A stretch of 64,000 nt of DNA from Nitrospirota bacterium. GTDB taxonomy: Bacteria > Nitrospirota > UBA9217. A program made the position numbers and the translations under genes. Location: positions 416,001 through 480,000 of the forward strand of contig CAWIYV010000014.1 of NCBI GenBank assembly GCA_963840455.1, written 5' to 3'. A model generated the notes under the pieces. That model had not been told where the DNA came from. It did not search any database and saw only the letters and a program-made list of their open reading frames with translations. Of this stretch, positions 36,016 to 47,200 are shown piece after piece; within the stretch, counting starts at the first letter, position 1; every line of letters starts with the position of its first letter.

Positions 36016-37491
36016 ATGATCAAGCTCTATAACACCTTGACCGGGAAAAAAGAAGAGTTCGTGCCGGTAACGCCGGGAACGGTGAACATGTATGCCTGCG
36101 GTGTGACGGTGTACGATTTTTCGCACCTGGGTCACGCCCGAGGCGCAGTCGCCTTCGACGTGATCCAGCGGTACTTCCGACGCCGGGGATACCAGGTCAA
36201 GTACGTGCGAAACTTCACCGACGTGGATGACAAGATCATCAACCGGGCGAGGGAAGAGGGCATTTCCGCGGCCGAGGTCGCGCGCAAGTACATCGACGCC
36301 TACCAGGAGGACATGAAGCGCCTGGGCGTGGGCAGGCCCGACGAAGAACCGCTTGCCACCGAGCATATCAAGGAGATGATCGACGTCATCCGGCGGCTCG
36401 TCGAGAAAGGGCACGCCTACGCGGTGGACGGCGATATCTATTTCCGCGTTGCGAGCTTCAAGGACTACGGCAAGCTCTCGAAGCGGAACCTCGAGGACAT
36501 GAAGGCCGGAGCGCGGGTGGAGGTGGACGAGCGGAAGGAAGATCCGCTGGATTTCGCCCTGTGGAAGGCCTCGAAGCCCGGCGAACCCGCTTGGGACAGC
36601 CCCTGGGGCCCGGGCAGGCCCGGCTGGCACATCGAGTGCACGGCCATGGGCTTCAAGCACCTGGGCGAGACCTTCGACATCCATGCCGGCGGCAAGGACC
36701 TTATCTTCCCCCACCATGAGAACGAGATCGCCCAGAGCGAGGCCTCATCGGGCAGGAAGTTCGTGAACTACTGGCTGCACAACGGCTTCGTCAACATCAA
36801 TGAGGAGAAGATGTCCAAGTCCCTGGGCAACTTCTTCACCATCCGCGACATCCTGGACAAGTACGACGCGGAGATCGTCAGGCTCTTCCTGCTCTCGACC
36901 CACTACCGGAGCCCCATCGATTTCTCCGACGCAAACCTCAAGGACGCGCGGGCGGGCCTCGACCGCTTCTATACCATGAAAGAAGGGATCAGGAACTTCC
37001 TTGCCGGAAAGAAGCCGCCGGCGGTCAAACCCGAAGAGGTGGTCGAGTCAGCGGACCGTCCGCTGTACGAGAAGACCCTGAACCTGCCGGGGGCCTTCGA
37101 GGAGGCCATGGATGACGACTTCAATACGGCGTTGGCCATCGGGCTCATCTATGACCTGGTCCGGGACGTGAACAAGTTCATCGCCGAACTGCATACGAAG
37201 AACGAGCAGGGTGCATACATCATCCTGTCGGCGGCGCATGAATCGTTCGATAATGTCAGCCGGACCCTTGGCATCTTCCTGCGCGAGCCTGAAGAGTGGT
37301 TCCAGGAAGCGCGGCTCGGCGAACACAAGATAACGCTGTCGGTGGAGCAGATCGAGGAGCATATCCATCTCAGGAACAATGCGCGGGCTGGAAAGGACTG
37401 GGCCGAGGCGGACCGCATCCGGAAGGTCCTGGACGATGCCGGCGTCACGCTCTTCGACCGGCCTGGCGGCACGGTCTGGAAGCCGAAGTAA
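36016..37491 (+). CDS. cysS: Cysteine--tRNA ligase
   Basis: CGVTVYD, HLGH, GRPGWHIEC, KMSKS. Confidence 0.97.
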   Translation: MIKLYNTLTGKKEEFVPVTPGTVNMYACGVTVYDFSHLGHARGAVAFDVIQRYFRRRGYQVKYVRNFTDVDDKIINRAREEGISAAEVARKYIDAYQEDMKRLGVGRPDEEPLATEHIKEMIDVIRRLVEKGHAYAVDGDIYFRVASFKDYGKLSKRNLEDMKAGARVEVDERKEDPLDFALWKASKPGEPAWDSPWGPGRPGWHIECTAMGFKHLGETFDIHAGGKDLIFPHHENEIAQSEASSGRKFVNYWLHNGFVNINEEKMSKSLGNFFTIRDILDKYDAEIVRLFLLSTHYRSPIDFSDANLKDARAGLDRFYTMKEGIRNFLAGKKPPAVKPEEVVESADRPLYEKTLNLPGAFEEAMDDDFNTALAIGLIYDLVRDVNKFIAELHTKNEQGAYIILSAAHESFDNVSRTLGIFLREPEEWFQEARLGEHKITLSVEQIEEHIHLRNNARAGKDWAEADRIRKVLDDAGVTLFDRPGGTVWKPK

Positions 37492-37502
37492 TGAAAAGGG
37501 CA

Positions 37503-37691
37503 TTTACCGCAGAGGACGCAGAAAAATCAGAGCAGCCGTGAGATGGTTTACCTCGGATGAACACGGATCGATTCCTTGTTGACGACTGTTCATTGAGAAT
37601 AGAAAGACGTGCTGGTTCCTTGGTCTCATGAGCAAGAAAAATAATATTGTCTTGTCGTCGATTTACCTTCCTCTGCATCCTCTGCGGTAAA
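37503..37691. repeat. Palindromic REP/MITE-like element
   Basis: tttaccgcagaggacgcaga ... tctgcatcctctgcggtaaa; same family as 19443-19645. Confidence 0.75.
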
Positions 37692-37709
37692 ACTTTTTCA
37701 ACCCGCGCT

Positions 37710-38450
37710 ATGTCCAGAGACAAGATCATCGGCATCAATCCCGTCCTCGAGGCCCTGAAGGCAGGCAGGCCGGTCCAGCGTCTCCTGGTCGCCGACCAGC
37801 GGAGGCAGGACCGCGATATCCAGGCGATTCTCCACCTTGCCCGGGAATGCGGTGCCGAGATCCGGTTCGCGAGCCGTGAGGCACTGAACCGGGAGGCGCC
37901 GGGCACGAAGCATCAGGGGGTCATCGCGATCGCTGCGGCAAAGCAATACGCGACCCTTGACGAGATTCTCGCGGCCCCCGCAAAGCGGGGAAAAGCGCCG
38001 CTCTTCCTGGTCCTCGACGGAGTCGAAGACCCCCGCAATCTCGGCGCCATCATCCGAACCGCTGACGCCGCCGGCGTCCATGGTGTCATCATCCCGGAGC
38101 GGCGGGCCACTGGCCTGACCGAGACCGTAGCCAAGGCGGCGGCTGGCGCCATGGAGCACGTTCCCGTGGTCAAAGTGGTGAACATCGTCAATACCCTGGA
38201 AGATCTCAAGAAGGCAGGGGTGTGGGTCGCGGGAGCCGAAGCAGGCGGGGAAACCGTTTACTGGGACGCAGACTTTGTCCGGCCGACGGCCCTGGTCCTG
38301 GGCGGCGAGGACCGGGGTGTCCGCAGGCTCGTGCGGGAACGATGCGATTACCTGGTATCCCTGCCCCTCCTGGGCAGGATCAGCTCCCTGAATGTGTCCG
38401 TGGCAGCGGGGATCCTGCTGTACGAAGCCCTCAGACAGCGGTCCCGGTAA
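37710..38450 (+). CDS. rlmB: 23S rRNA Gm2251 2'-O-methyltransferase
   Basis: HQGV, DPRNLGAIIRTA, SLNVSVA SPOUT motifs; follows cysS. Confidence 0.93.
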   Translation: MSRDKIIGINPVLEALKAGRPVQRLLVADQRRQDRDIQAILHLARECGAEIRFASREALNREAPGTKHQGVIAIAAAKQYATLDEILAAPAKRGKAPLFLVLDGVEDPRNLGAIIRTADAAGVHGVIIPERRATGLTETVAKAAAGAMEHVPVVKVVNIVNTLEDLKKAGVWVAGAEAGGETVYWDADFVRPTALVLGGEDRGVRRLVRERCDYLVSLPLLGRISSLNVSVAAGILLYEALRQRSR

Positions 38451-38506
38451 TCTTTCGGGCTTTCCGGCGGTCCTGGTTCCCTCCGCGTTTTTATTCAAAT
38501 TTTTTG

Positions 38507-38535
38507 TTGACATCGGGGATGCTCTCGGCTAGAAT
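38507..38535 (+). promoter_or_regulatory. Sigma70 promoter of the tRNA-tuf operon
   Basis: TTGACA-17 bp-TAGAAT. Confidence 0.7.
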
Positions 38536-38593
38536 ACCAACTTCCGTGAAAAGCGGTCACAGCCGTGGTGTGCCCAGGGGATTTCGACGTATC

Positions 38594-38669
38594 GCCACCG
38601 TAACTCAGTTGGTAGAGTAGCTGATTTGTAATCAGCCTGTCGTGGGTTCGATTCCCTCCGGTGGCTCCA
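38594..38669 (+). tRNA. tRNA-Thr(TGT)
   Basis: Cloverleaf, ctgat-tTGTaa-tcag anticodon arm, TTCGA, CCA. Confidence 0.95.
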
Positions 38670-38723
38670 GCTATCTGCCGGTCACAGCAATCAAATCATC
38701 CATCACGTAAGGTAGTTGTAATC

Positions 38724-38809
38724 GGGGAGGTGCCCGAGTGGCCAAAGGGAACAGACTGTAAATCTGTCGGCGTCAGCCTACGGAGGTTCGAAACCTCCCC
38801 TCCCCACCA
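38724..38809 (+). tRNA. tRNA-Tyr(GTA)
   Basis: acaga-ctGTAaa-tctgt, long variable arm, CCA. Confidence 0.95.
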
Positions 38810-38886
38810 CTTCATACTGTGCGGATTGACCATCGCGGAGTGCGGTCCCTTATCAGGGACCCGCGGTCCGAAATCCGAAAGAGAAT

Positions 38887-38963
38887 GCGGGAATAGCTCA
38901 GCTGGCTAGAGCGCCAGCCTTCCAAGCTGGGGGTCGCGGGTTCGAATCCCGTTTCCCGCTCCA
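38887..38963 (+). tRNA. tRNA-Gly(TCC)
   Basis: ccagc-ctTCCaa-gctgg, TTCGAA, CCA. Confidence 0.95.
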
Positions 38964-39010
38964 TACATCAAATTTTAAATTTATAATTTTGAATTTAAAA
39001 TTGAGGCAAC

Positions 39011-39086
39011 GCCCATGTAGCTCAGTTGGTAGAGCACATCCTTGGTAAGGATGAGGTCAGCGGTTCAATCCCGCTCATGGGCTCCA
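39011..39086 (+). tRNA. tRNA-Thr(GGT)
   Basis: atcc-ttGGTaa-ggat, TTCAA, CCA. Confidence 0.95.
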
Positions 39087-39129
39087 TAGCATTTATTCCT
39101 TTTCTGAATTCCTTGATCCGGAGGGCTCT

Positions 39130-40329
39130 ATGGCAAAAGCGAAATTTGAGAGAACGAAGCCGCATGTGAACGTGGGGACCATCGGCCACGTTGACCACGG
39201 CAAGACGACGCTGACGGCTGCGATCACGAAGGTGCTGGCGTTCAAGAACATGGCCAGCTTCGTGTCGTACGACAACATCGACAAGGCGCCCGAGGAACGG
39301 GAGCGCGGCATCACGATCGCGACGGCGCACGTGGAGTACCAGACCGAGAAGCGCCACTACGCCCATGTGGACTGCCCGGGCCATGCCGATTACATCAAGA
39401 ACATGATCACCGGCGCGGCGCAGATGGACGGAGCGATCCTGGTGGTCTCGGCCGCTGACGGCCCCATGCCCCAGACGCGCGAGCACATCCTTTTGGCCCG
39501 CCAGGTTGGCGTGCCCTATATCGTCGTGTACATGAACAAGGTCGACATGGTCGACGATCCCGAGCTCCTGGAGCTGGTCGAACTTGAGGTCCGCGAGCTC
39601 CTGTCCAAGTACCAGTTCCCCGGCGACAAGACCCCGATCATCAAAGGCAGCGCCCTGAAGGCGCTCCAGAGCGAGAGCAAGGACATCAATGCGCCCGAGT
39701 ACAAGAGCATCCTTGAACTCATGGACGCCCTGGACAGCTACATTCCCCAGCCCAAGCGCGATATCGACAAGCCCTACCTGATGCCGATCGAGGACGTGTT
39801 CTCCATCGCCGGCCGCGGCACCGTGGTGACGGGCCGCATCGAGCGGGGCATCGTGAAAGTGGGCGACGAGATCGAGATCGTGGGCATCAAGCCCACGCAG
39901 AAGACCGTGGTCACCGGTGTTGAGATGTTCCGGAAGCTCCTGGATTCGGGCGAGGCCGGCGACAATGTCGGCGTCCTGCTCCGGGGCGTGAAGAAGGAAG
40001 AAGTGGAGCGCGGCATGGTCCTGGCCAAGCCCGGGAGCATCACCCCGCACACGAAGTTCAAGGCCGAGGCCTACGTTCTGACGAAGGAAGAGGGCGGCCG
40101 CCACACCCCGTTCTTCAAGGGATACCGTCCGCAGTTCTACTTCCGGACGACGGACGTGACGGGCGTGGTGACGCTGGCCGAAGGCGTCGAGATGGTGATG
40201 CCGGGCGACAACATGAGCTGCAGCGTTGAGCTCATCACCCCCATCGCCATGGACAAGGAGCTCCGGTTCGCCATCCGCGAGGGCGGCCGCACCGTGGGCG
40301 CCGGCGTGATCACCGAAGTGATCGAGTAA
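39130..40329 (+). CDS. tuf: Elongation factor Tu (copy 1)
   Basis: [21 protein letters not shown]; follows the Thr-Tyr-Gly-Thr tRNAs. Confidence 0.99.
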   Translation: MAKAKFERTKPHVNVGTIGHVDHGKTTLTAAITKVLAFKNMASFVSYDNIDKAPEERERGITIATAHVEYQTEKRHYAHVDCPGHADYIKNMITGAAQMDGAILVVSAADGPMPQTREHILLARQVGVPYIVVYMNKVDMVDDPELLELVELEVRELLSKYQFPGDKTPIIKGSALKALQSESKDINAPEYKSILELMDALDSYIPQPKRDIDKPYLMPIEDVFSIAGRGTVVTGRIERGIVKVGDEIEIVGIKPTQKTVVTGVEMFRKLLDSGEAGDNVGVLLRGVKKEEVERGMVLAKPGSITPHTKFKAEAYVLTKEEGGRHTPFFKGYRPQFYFRTTDVTGVVTLAEGVEMVMPGDNMSCSVELITPIAMDKELRFAIREGGRTVGAGVITEVIE

Positions 40330-40435
40330 GCAGGCACGAAGCAGTGCGGAATTCGGAATGGCGAATGCGGAATGAGGAACAGATCCGCACCCCGCGCTCC
40401 GCACTCCGAATTTGATATAGAGAGAGGCTACAGAA

Positions 40436-40588
40436 ATGCGTGAGATCATTCTCCTCGCCTGCAGTGAGTGCAAGCGGAAAAACTATTCGACGACCAAGAA
40501 CAAGCGGAACACGCCTGACAAGCTGAACCTGGACAAGTATTGCCGGTTCTGCCGCAAGCATACGACGCACAAGGAAACCAAGGCGTAA
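40436..40588 (+). CDS. rpmG: 50S ribosomal protein L33 (zinc-binding type; below ORF-track cutoff)
   Basis: [50 protein letters not shown]. Confidence 0.95.
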   Translation: MREIILLACSECKRKNYSTTKNKRNTPDKLNLDKYCRFCRKHTTHKETKA

Positions 40589-40679
40589 TACCAAATTCAA
40601 AGATAAAAAAGTAAAATGTAAAATAAAGGTTCCTTTCTACCATTTTTCATTTTGCATTTTATATTTTGAATTTTTTCAC

Positions 40680-40755
40680 AGGCCAGTAGCTCTAATGGTA
40701 GAGCTCCGGACTCCAAATCCGGCTGCTGGGGGTTCGAGTCCCTCCTGGCCTGCCA
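40680..40755 (+). tRNA. tRNA-Trp(CCA)
   Basis: ccgga-ctCCAaa-tccgg, TTCGAG, CCA; usual position before secE. Confidence 0.95.
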
Positions 40756-40785
40756 AATCTTCTATTGCGGGAGAGGCTTAATCCC

Positions 40786-40971
40786 ATGTTCAACAGGATC
40801 GCGGAGTTCTTCCACGACGTAAAGCTGGAGCTCAAGAAGGTAGTGTTTCCCTCGAAGAAAGAGGTCATCGGGTCCACCTGGGTGGTGATCGTGTCGGTGC
40901 TCATCGCTTCGGTGTTCCTGGGGATCGTGGACATGGCGCTGGGGAAGTTCATGACCACGGTCTTTAAATAG
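40786..40971 (+). CDS. secE: Preprotein translocase SecE
   Basis: ELKKVVFPSKKE + TM. Confidence 0.93.
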   Translation: MFNRIAEFFHDVKLELKKVVFPSKKEVIGSTWVVIVSVLIASVFLGIVDMALGKFMTTVFK

Positions 40972-40979
40972 AGAGAACT

Positions 40980-41525
40980 ATGTCAACCAAGAACTGGTAC
41001 GTCGTACACACCTACGCGGGCTTCGAGAACAAGGTGAAGGCCAGCATCCTGGAAACGGTCTCGAAACTGGGCCTGCAGGAGAGGATATCCCAGGTCCTGG
41101 TCCCCACCGAAGAAGTGCTGTCGCTCAAGGCGGGCAAGAAGAGGAAGTCGCAGAGGAAGTTCTTCCCCGGCTATATCCTCGTCGAGATGGAGATGGACGA
41201 CAACACCTGGCATGTGGTGAAGGACACGCCGAAGGTGACCGGTTTCGTCGGGGGGAGTCTCAACCCCACGCCGCTCTCCGAAGAGGAGGTCAGCCATATC
41301 CTGAAGCAGGCGGAGGAGGGTGCGGTGGCTCCGACCCAGCCGAAGATCGCGTACCAGAAGGGCGATCGGGTACGGGTCATCGACGGCCCCTTCAGCAGCT
41401 TCATCGGCACCGTGGAGGACGTCAACCCGGCGCACGGCAGGCTCCGGGTGATGGTCAGCATCTTTGGCCGATCGACGCCCGTGGAGCTTGAATTCCTCCA
41501 AGTGGAGCGAGAGAAGGAAAAATAA
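40980..41525 (+). CDS. nusG: Transcription factor NusG
   Basis: [37 protein letters not shown]. Confidence 0.97.
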   Translation: MSTKNWYVVHTYAGFENKVKASILETVSKLGLQERISQVLVPTEEVLSLKAGKKRKSQRKFFPGYILVEMEMDDNTWHVVKDTPKVTGFVGGSLNPTPLSEEEVSHILKQAEEGAVAPTQPKIAYQKGDRVRVIDGPFSSFIGTVEDVNPAHGRLRVMVSIFGRSTPVELEFLQVEREKEK

Positions 41526-41582
41526 TATTCGGAATCACCGAATTATTCATGTAGCACGAAATTGAGAAGGTAGGAGTTACCC

Positions 41583-42008
41583 ATGGCAAAAGAGATATCG
41601 GCAAAGATCAAACTGCAGGTCCCGGCAGGCAAGGCCAATCCGGCGCCCCCGGTCGGTCCGGCCCTGGGCCAGCACGGCGTCAATATCATGGAGTTTTGCA
41701 AAGCGTTCAACGCAAAGACCCAGAAGATGGGGGAAACGATCGTTCCCGTCATCATCACCGTGTACACGGACCGGTCCTTCACGTTCATTACGAAGACCCC
41801 GCCGGCAGCAGAGCTCCTGAAGAAGGCCGCCGGCATCATCAAGGGCTCAGGCGTGCCGAACAAGGACAAGGTCGGCAAAGTGACCCGCGCGCAGATCAAG
41901 GAGATCGCGCAGACGAAGATGCCCGACCTCAACGCGGCAAGCGTCGAGTCGGCCATGCGCATGATCGAAGGGTCGGCAAAGAGCATGGGGCTGGAAATCG
42001 TCGACTAA
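41583..42008 (+). CDS. rplK: 50S ribosomal protein L11
   Basis: [23 protein letters not shown]. Confidence 0.98.
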   Translation: MAKEISAKIKLQVPAGKANPAPPVGPALGQHGVNIMEFCKAFNAKTQKMGETIVPVIITVYTDRSFTFITKTPPAAELLKKAAGIIKGSGVPNKDKVGKVTRAQIKEIAQTKMPDLNAASVESAMRMIEGSAKSMGLEIVD

Positions 42009-42081
42009 ATTCAAATGCGAAGCTCGAAGCACGAAATCCTAATTTAGACATTCGAAATTAGAATTTCGAATTCGTTGTATG

Positions 42082-42114
42082 TGCGGGAGGCCGACAACGG
42101 CCGTTATGACCGCA
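42082..42114 (+). promoter_or_regulatory. Possible L1-binding autoregulatory hairpin upstream of rplA
   Basis: tgcgggag-gccg..cggc-cgttatgaccgca: GGGAG asymmetric-loop hairpin abutting the SD. Confidence 0.45.
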
Positions 42115-42124
42115 AGGAGGAACC

Positions 42125-42826
42125 ATGGCAGGGAAGAAGTTCAAGGCAGCAGCAGCATTGGTTGAGCGGAACAAGCTGTACAGCGTCGAAGAGGCGATCG
42201 GTCTCGCGAAGAAGACGGCGCGGACGAAGTTCGACGAGACCGTCGATCTGGCGGTGAACCTCGGTGTTGACCCCAAGCAGGCGGACCAGATGGTGCGCGG
42301 CACGGTTGTACTTCCTCACGGCACCGGCAAGAAGGTCAAGGTCCTGGTCTTCGCCAAGGGCGAGAAGGAAAAAGAGGCGAGGGATGCCGGCGCCGACTAT
42401 GTGGGCGCCGAGGACCTTGCCGACAAGATCCAGAAGGAAGGGTGGACGGACTTTGACACAGTCGTCGCCACGCCGGACATCATGGGGCTCGTCGGGAAGC
42501 TCGGCAAGGTGCTGGGCCCCCGCGGATTGATGCCGAACCCCAAGACGGGCACGGTAACGTTCGATGTCACCAAGGCCATCAAGGAGATCCGGGCCGGCAA
42601 GGTGGAGTACCGGGTGGAGAAGGCCGGCATCGTTCACGTGCCGGTGGGAAAGGCCTCGTTCGACGAACAGAAACTTATTGAGAACGCCAGGGCGGTGCTG
42701 GAGTCCATCCTGAAGGCCAAGCCGTCATCGAGCAAGGGTAAGTATCTGAAGGCGGTCACGGTTTCCACCACCATGGGGCCCGGCGTCAAGATGGATACCA
42801 TGCTGGTCGAGAAGATCGCGGGATAA
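42125..42826 (+). CDS. rplA: 50S ribosomal protein L1
   Basis: [30 protein letters not shown]. Confidence 0.98.
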   Translation: MAGKKFKAAAALVERNKLYSVEEAIGLAKKTARTKFDETVDLAVNLGVDPKQADQMVRGTVVLPHGTGKKVKVLVFAKGEKEKEARDAGADYVGAEDLADKIQKEGWTDFDTVVATPDIMGLVGKLGKVLGPRGLMPNPKTGTVTFDVTKAIKEIRAGKVEYRVEKAGIVHVPVGKASFDEQKLIENARAVLESILKAKPSSSKGKYLKAVTVSTTMGPGVKMDTMLVEKIAG

Positions 42827-42944
42827 TTAAGATAATAATTGTAAACAAATCCAATATACGAGACCCTAAACGTTAGGATTTCGGATTTAGGATTGAGAGG
42901 TTGCAGGAACAAAAGGTCGGCCCTCGTTTCACGAAGAGGGATGC

Positions 42945-43020
42945 GGTCCGAGACAGCAGGCACGGAAGAGAGGAACGGCGACTCTTTCGTTTAATCCCCC
43001 CAGCGGGGCCTGCCGAGACC
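42945..43020 (+). promoter_or_regulatory. L10 leader (rplJ autoregulatory RNA)
   Basis: ccGAGACAGCAGG...TTAA...CCTGCCGAGa pattern upstream of rplJ. Confidence 0.7.
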
Positions 43021-43111
43021 CGGGTAAAAAAGAACGTACGCGACCAAGCGCTGCTTTCTTTTGAGGTTCCCGGGAGGGTCATCGGGAATTCTTGAAAGAA
43101 AGGAGGACAGA

Positions 43112-43624
43112 GTGAACAAGGAAGAGAAAAAAGCAGCAATCGACGAGCTCCACGAGAAATTTTCCCGCGCGAAGACCGCGGTGATCACCGGCTACAGCGG
43201 GATCAATGTTGAGCAGATCACGGCGCTTCGGTCCAAGCTCCGGCAGTCGAATGTCGAGTACCGTGTTGTGAAGAACACCCTGGCGCGGAAGGCCGCGGAA
43301 GGAACAAGCCTCGAGCCGCTGAAGGATTACTTCGTAGGCCCGGTGGGCATCGCGCTGGGATTCGACGACGTGGTCGCTCCGGCCAAGGTGCTGTTCGAAT
43401 TCAGCAAGACGCAGGCGAAGCTCGAGCTCAAGTTCGGCGTGCTGGACGGCAAACTGCTCAAGCAGGCCGACATCAAGGCGCTCGCGAACCTGCCGTCGCT
43501 CAATGCACTTCGCGGCAAGATCGTGGGGCTTCTGCAGGCGCCGGCATCGCGGATCGTTGGTGTGCTTGCGGCACCGGGCGGTCAGATCGCACGGGTCATC
43601 AGGGCAAAGGCAGACAAAGGGTAG
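43112..43624 (+). CDS. rplJ: 50S ribosomal protein L10
   Basis: GTG after AGGAGG; VVKNTLA, LANLPS. Confidence 0.95.
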   Translation: MNKEEKKAAIDELHEKFSRAKTAVITGYSGINVEQITALRSKLRQSNVEYRVVKNTLARKAAEGTSLEPLKDYFVGPVGIALGFDDVVAPAKVLFEFSKTQAKLELKFGVLDGKLLKQADIKALANLPSLNALRGKIVGLLQAPASRIVGVLAAPGGQIARVIRAKADKG

Positions 43625-43706
43625 GCAGGGTGTCCCGGTAACGGGCAACCTGCTTAACACAAATTTCAACAAACATCAGGCATTTAATTGAGGAGGATAT
43701 ACTGAA

Positions 43707-44081
43707 ATGGCAGATCTGGCGAAAATCGTTGACGAACTGAGCAGCCTTTCCGTTCTGGAGGCCGCTGAGCTGAGCAAGATGCTCGAAGAGAAGTGGGGCG
43801 TTTCGGCAGCAGCGCCCGTGGCTGTTGCGGCCGTCGGCGCGGCCGGCGGTGCAGCAGCGGTCGAAGAGAAGACTGCGTTCGACGTTATCCTGGCGAGTGC
43901 CGGGGCGCAGAAGATCAACGTGATCAAGGTTGTCCGCGAGCTTACCGGCCTTGGCCTCAAGGAGGCGAAGGACCTGGTGGAGGGTGCTCCCAAGCCCGTG
44001 AAGACCGGCGTTGCGAAGGAAGAGGCCGAGACCATGAAGAAGAAGCTGACCGAAGCGGGCGCGACCGTCGAGGTCAAGTAA
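43707..44081 (+). CDS. rplL: 50S ribosomal protein L7/L12
   Basis: [31 protein letters not shown]. Confidence 0.98.
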   Translation: MADLAKIVDELSSLSVLEAAELSKMLEEKWGVSAAAPVAVAAVGAAGGAAAVEEKTAFDVILASAGAQKINVIKVVRELTGLGLKEAKDLVEGAPKPVKTGVAKEEAETMKKKLTEAGATVEVK

Positions 44082-44107
44082 GCAGGCTCATTGAGGCAGT
44101 ACTGACC

Positions 44108-44151
44108 AAGTCCTTGCCCTCCGGGACTCCCGGAGGGCAGAGGACTTTTTT
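44108..44151 (+). terminator. Intrinsic terminator/attenuator between rplL and rpoB
   Basis: gtccttgccctccggg-act-cccggagggcagaggac followed by T6. Confidence 0.8.
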
Positions 44152-44268
44152 GCGTTTTTAGTGGATGGCGCGAAATGGCGCCGGGGCACTGACGGCAATT
44201 CATCATTATTCACGGTCTTATCGGTAGTTATCGGCGGGAAATGGAAATTCCCGCAGAGGGGTGCGGAC

Positions 44269-47200
44269 ATGTCTAAGGAAAAACGGGAAATGATTCGGGT
44301 ACGGAAGGATTTTTCGAGGATCCCCACGATCCTGGAGATCCCTGATCTCATCGAGATCCAGAAGCGTTCGTATGACACGTTCCTGCAGAAGGATCTCGCC
44401 TCGGACAAGCGGAAGGACATGGGGCTCCAGGCGGCGTTCAAGAGCGTCTACCCCATTTACGACTTCAATGAGACGGCGATGGTGGACTATCTTGGCTATT
44501 CTCTGGGCGAGCCCAAGTACACGCTCTGGGAGTGCCTGCAGCGCGGAGCGACCTTTGCCGCTCCGCTGAAGATCAAGATCCGCCTCGTCTTCTTCGACAA
44601 GGACGAGCAGGCCGGGACGAAGCGTGTCAAGGACATCAAGGAGCAGGAGGTGTATGTCGGCGACCTCCCGCTCATGACCGAGAACGGCACGTTCATTGTG
44701 AACGGCACCGAGCGCGTGGTCGTGAGCCAGCTCCACCGCTCGCCGGGGGCGTTCTTTACCCATGACAAAGGCCGCACCCATGCCAGCGGCAAGATCCTCT
44801 ACTCGGCGCGGATCATCCCCTATCGTGGCTCGTGGCTTGACTTCGAGTTCGACGTGAAAGACATCGTGTACGTCCGGATCGACCGGCGCCGGAAAATCCC
44901 CGCCACCATCCTGCTCAAGGCCTTCGGCTATTCCAACGAGGACCTGCTGCGGATGTACTATCCCATCGAGGACATCAAGATCAAGAAGGACGGCTTCACC
45001 CGGAACGTGTCCGACGTGCTTGCAGGCCACAAGGCACCCGCCACGATCACCGAGAAGGGGAGCCGCGAGCAGATTGTGAAGGAAGGCGCCAAGATCACCA
45101 AAATGGCGATCAAGAAGATGGAAGCCGCGGGCATCAACGAGATTCCGATCTCCCGCGAAGAGCTCGTCGACCGCGTCGTCCTGCGGGACGTCATCGATCC
45201 GGAGACAGGTGAGGTCCTCCTTCCGGCCAATGAGAAGATCTCCGACCAGTTCCTGACCCGCGTCGCCGCCACCAAGGTGGAGAAGATGGAAGTGATCTAC
45301 ATGGACGGCATCCACGTGATCCCGGCCATGCGCGACACACTCCTGGCGGACAAGGTCCAGACCTCCGACGAGGCGCTCCTCGAAATCTACCGCAAGATGC
45401 GTCCCGGCGAACCGCCGACGGTCGACATGGCCCGCAACCTGTTCGCCGGTATGTTCTTCAACCCCAAGCGCTATGACCTCTCCCCGGTCGGGAGGCTGAA
45501 GCTCAACAAGAAACTGAACCTTGACATTCCGCTGGAGAAGACCACCCTTACGGCGCAGGACGTCGTGGAGGTGATCCGCTATCTCGTCAATCTCCGGACA
45601 GGCAAGGGAGAGGTGGACGATATCGACCATCTCGGCAACCGCCGCGTCCGCTCCGTGGGCGAGCTTCTCGAGAACCAGATCCGCGTTGGCCTTGCCCGCA
45701 TGGAGCGGGCCATCAAGGAGCGCATGAGCCTTCAGGACGTGGATGCCCTCATGCCGCACGACATCATCAACCCCAAGCCGGTGATCGCTGCCATCAAGGA
45801 GTTCTTCGGGTCCAGCCAGCTGTCGCAGTTCATGGACCAGACGAACCCCCTGGCGGAGATCACGCACAAGCGCAGGCTATCGGCGCTGGGGCCTGGCGGC
45901 CTCACGCGTGAGCGCGCAGGCTTCGAAGTTCGCGATGTGCACACGACCCACTACGGCAGGATCTGCCCCATTGAGACGCCGGAAGGTCCGAACATCGGTC
46001 TCATTGTCTCCCTGGCGACCTATGCGCGGGTGAACGATTACGGCTTCATTGAAGCGCCTTATCGCCAGGTCAAGCTGGGGAGGGTGACCGAGGAGATCGA
46101 ATACCTTTCCGCCGTGGACGGGGAGAACTACGTCATTGCCCAGGCCAACACGCCCCTCGACAGCCGCGGCAAGATCGCCGTTGACAGCGTCTCCGCCCGC
46201 GTGGGCGGCGAGTTCATGCTGGTGACGGCCGAGGAAGTGCAGTACATGGACGTGTCCCCGAAACAGATCGTCTCGGTCTCGGCGGCGCTCATCCCGTTCC
46301 TCGAGAACGATGACGCCAACCGCGCTCTCATGGGCTCGAACATGCAGCGCCAGGCAGTGCCGCTGCTCCGGCCCCAGGCCCCGGTCGTGGGTACGGGCAT
46401 GGAGCGTGTGGCTGCACGCGATTCCGGCGCCATCATCGGAGCGAAGCGCGACGGCATCGTTGAAGCGGTCGATTCGACGGCCATCGTGGTCAAGGGCGAG
46501 GACGCCCGGGGCAGGACCGTGGTTGACAACTATCCCCTGACCAAGTTCCACCGTTCCAACCAGAACACCTGCATGAACCAGAAGTCCATCGTGCGGGTCG
46601 GCGACAAGATCAAGAAAGGCCAGGTCATCGCCGACGGACCGGCGACCGACCTTGGCGAGCTGGCCCTGGGCCAGAATGTGCTCGTGGCCTTCATGCCCTG
46701 GAGCGGATTCAACTTCGAGGACGCCATCATCATCAGCGAGAAGCTCGTGAAGGAGGACCGGTATACCTCCATCCACATCGAAGAGTTCGAGATCGAGGCC
46801 CGTGACACCAAGCTCGGCAAGGAAGAGATCACCCGCGACATCCCGAACCTCGGCGAGGAGACCCTGCGCAACCTGGACGAGAACGGCATCATCCGCATCG
46901 GTGCCGAGGTGATGCCTGGTGACATCCTGGTGGGCAAGGTGACGCCCAAGGGCGAGACCCAGCTTACGCCGGAGGAGAAGCTCCTGCGGGCCATCTTCGG
47001 CGAGAAGGCCGGCGACGTACGCGACGCTTCCCTCTATGCCCCCCCGGGGATCGAGGGCACGGTCATTGACGTGAAGGTCTTCTCCCGCAAGGGCGAGGAC
47101 AAGAACGAGCGTCTCAAGACGCAGGAAAGCGAGGAGATCACCCGCCTCCAGAAGGAATACAGCGAAGAGAAGAAGGCCATCCAGGAGGACAAGTACAAGC

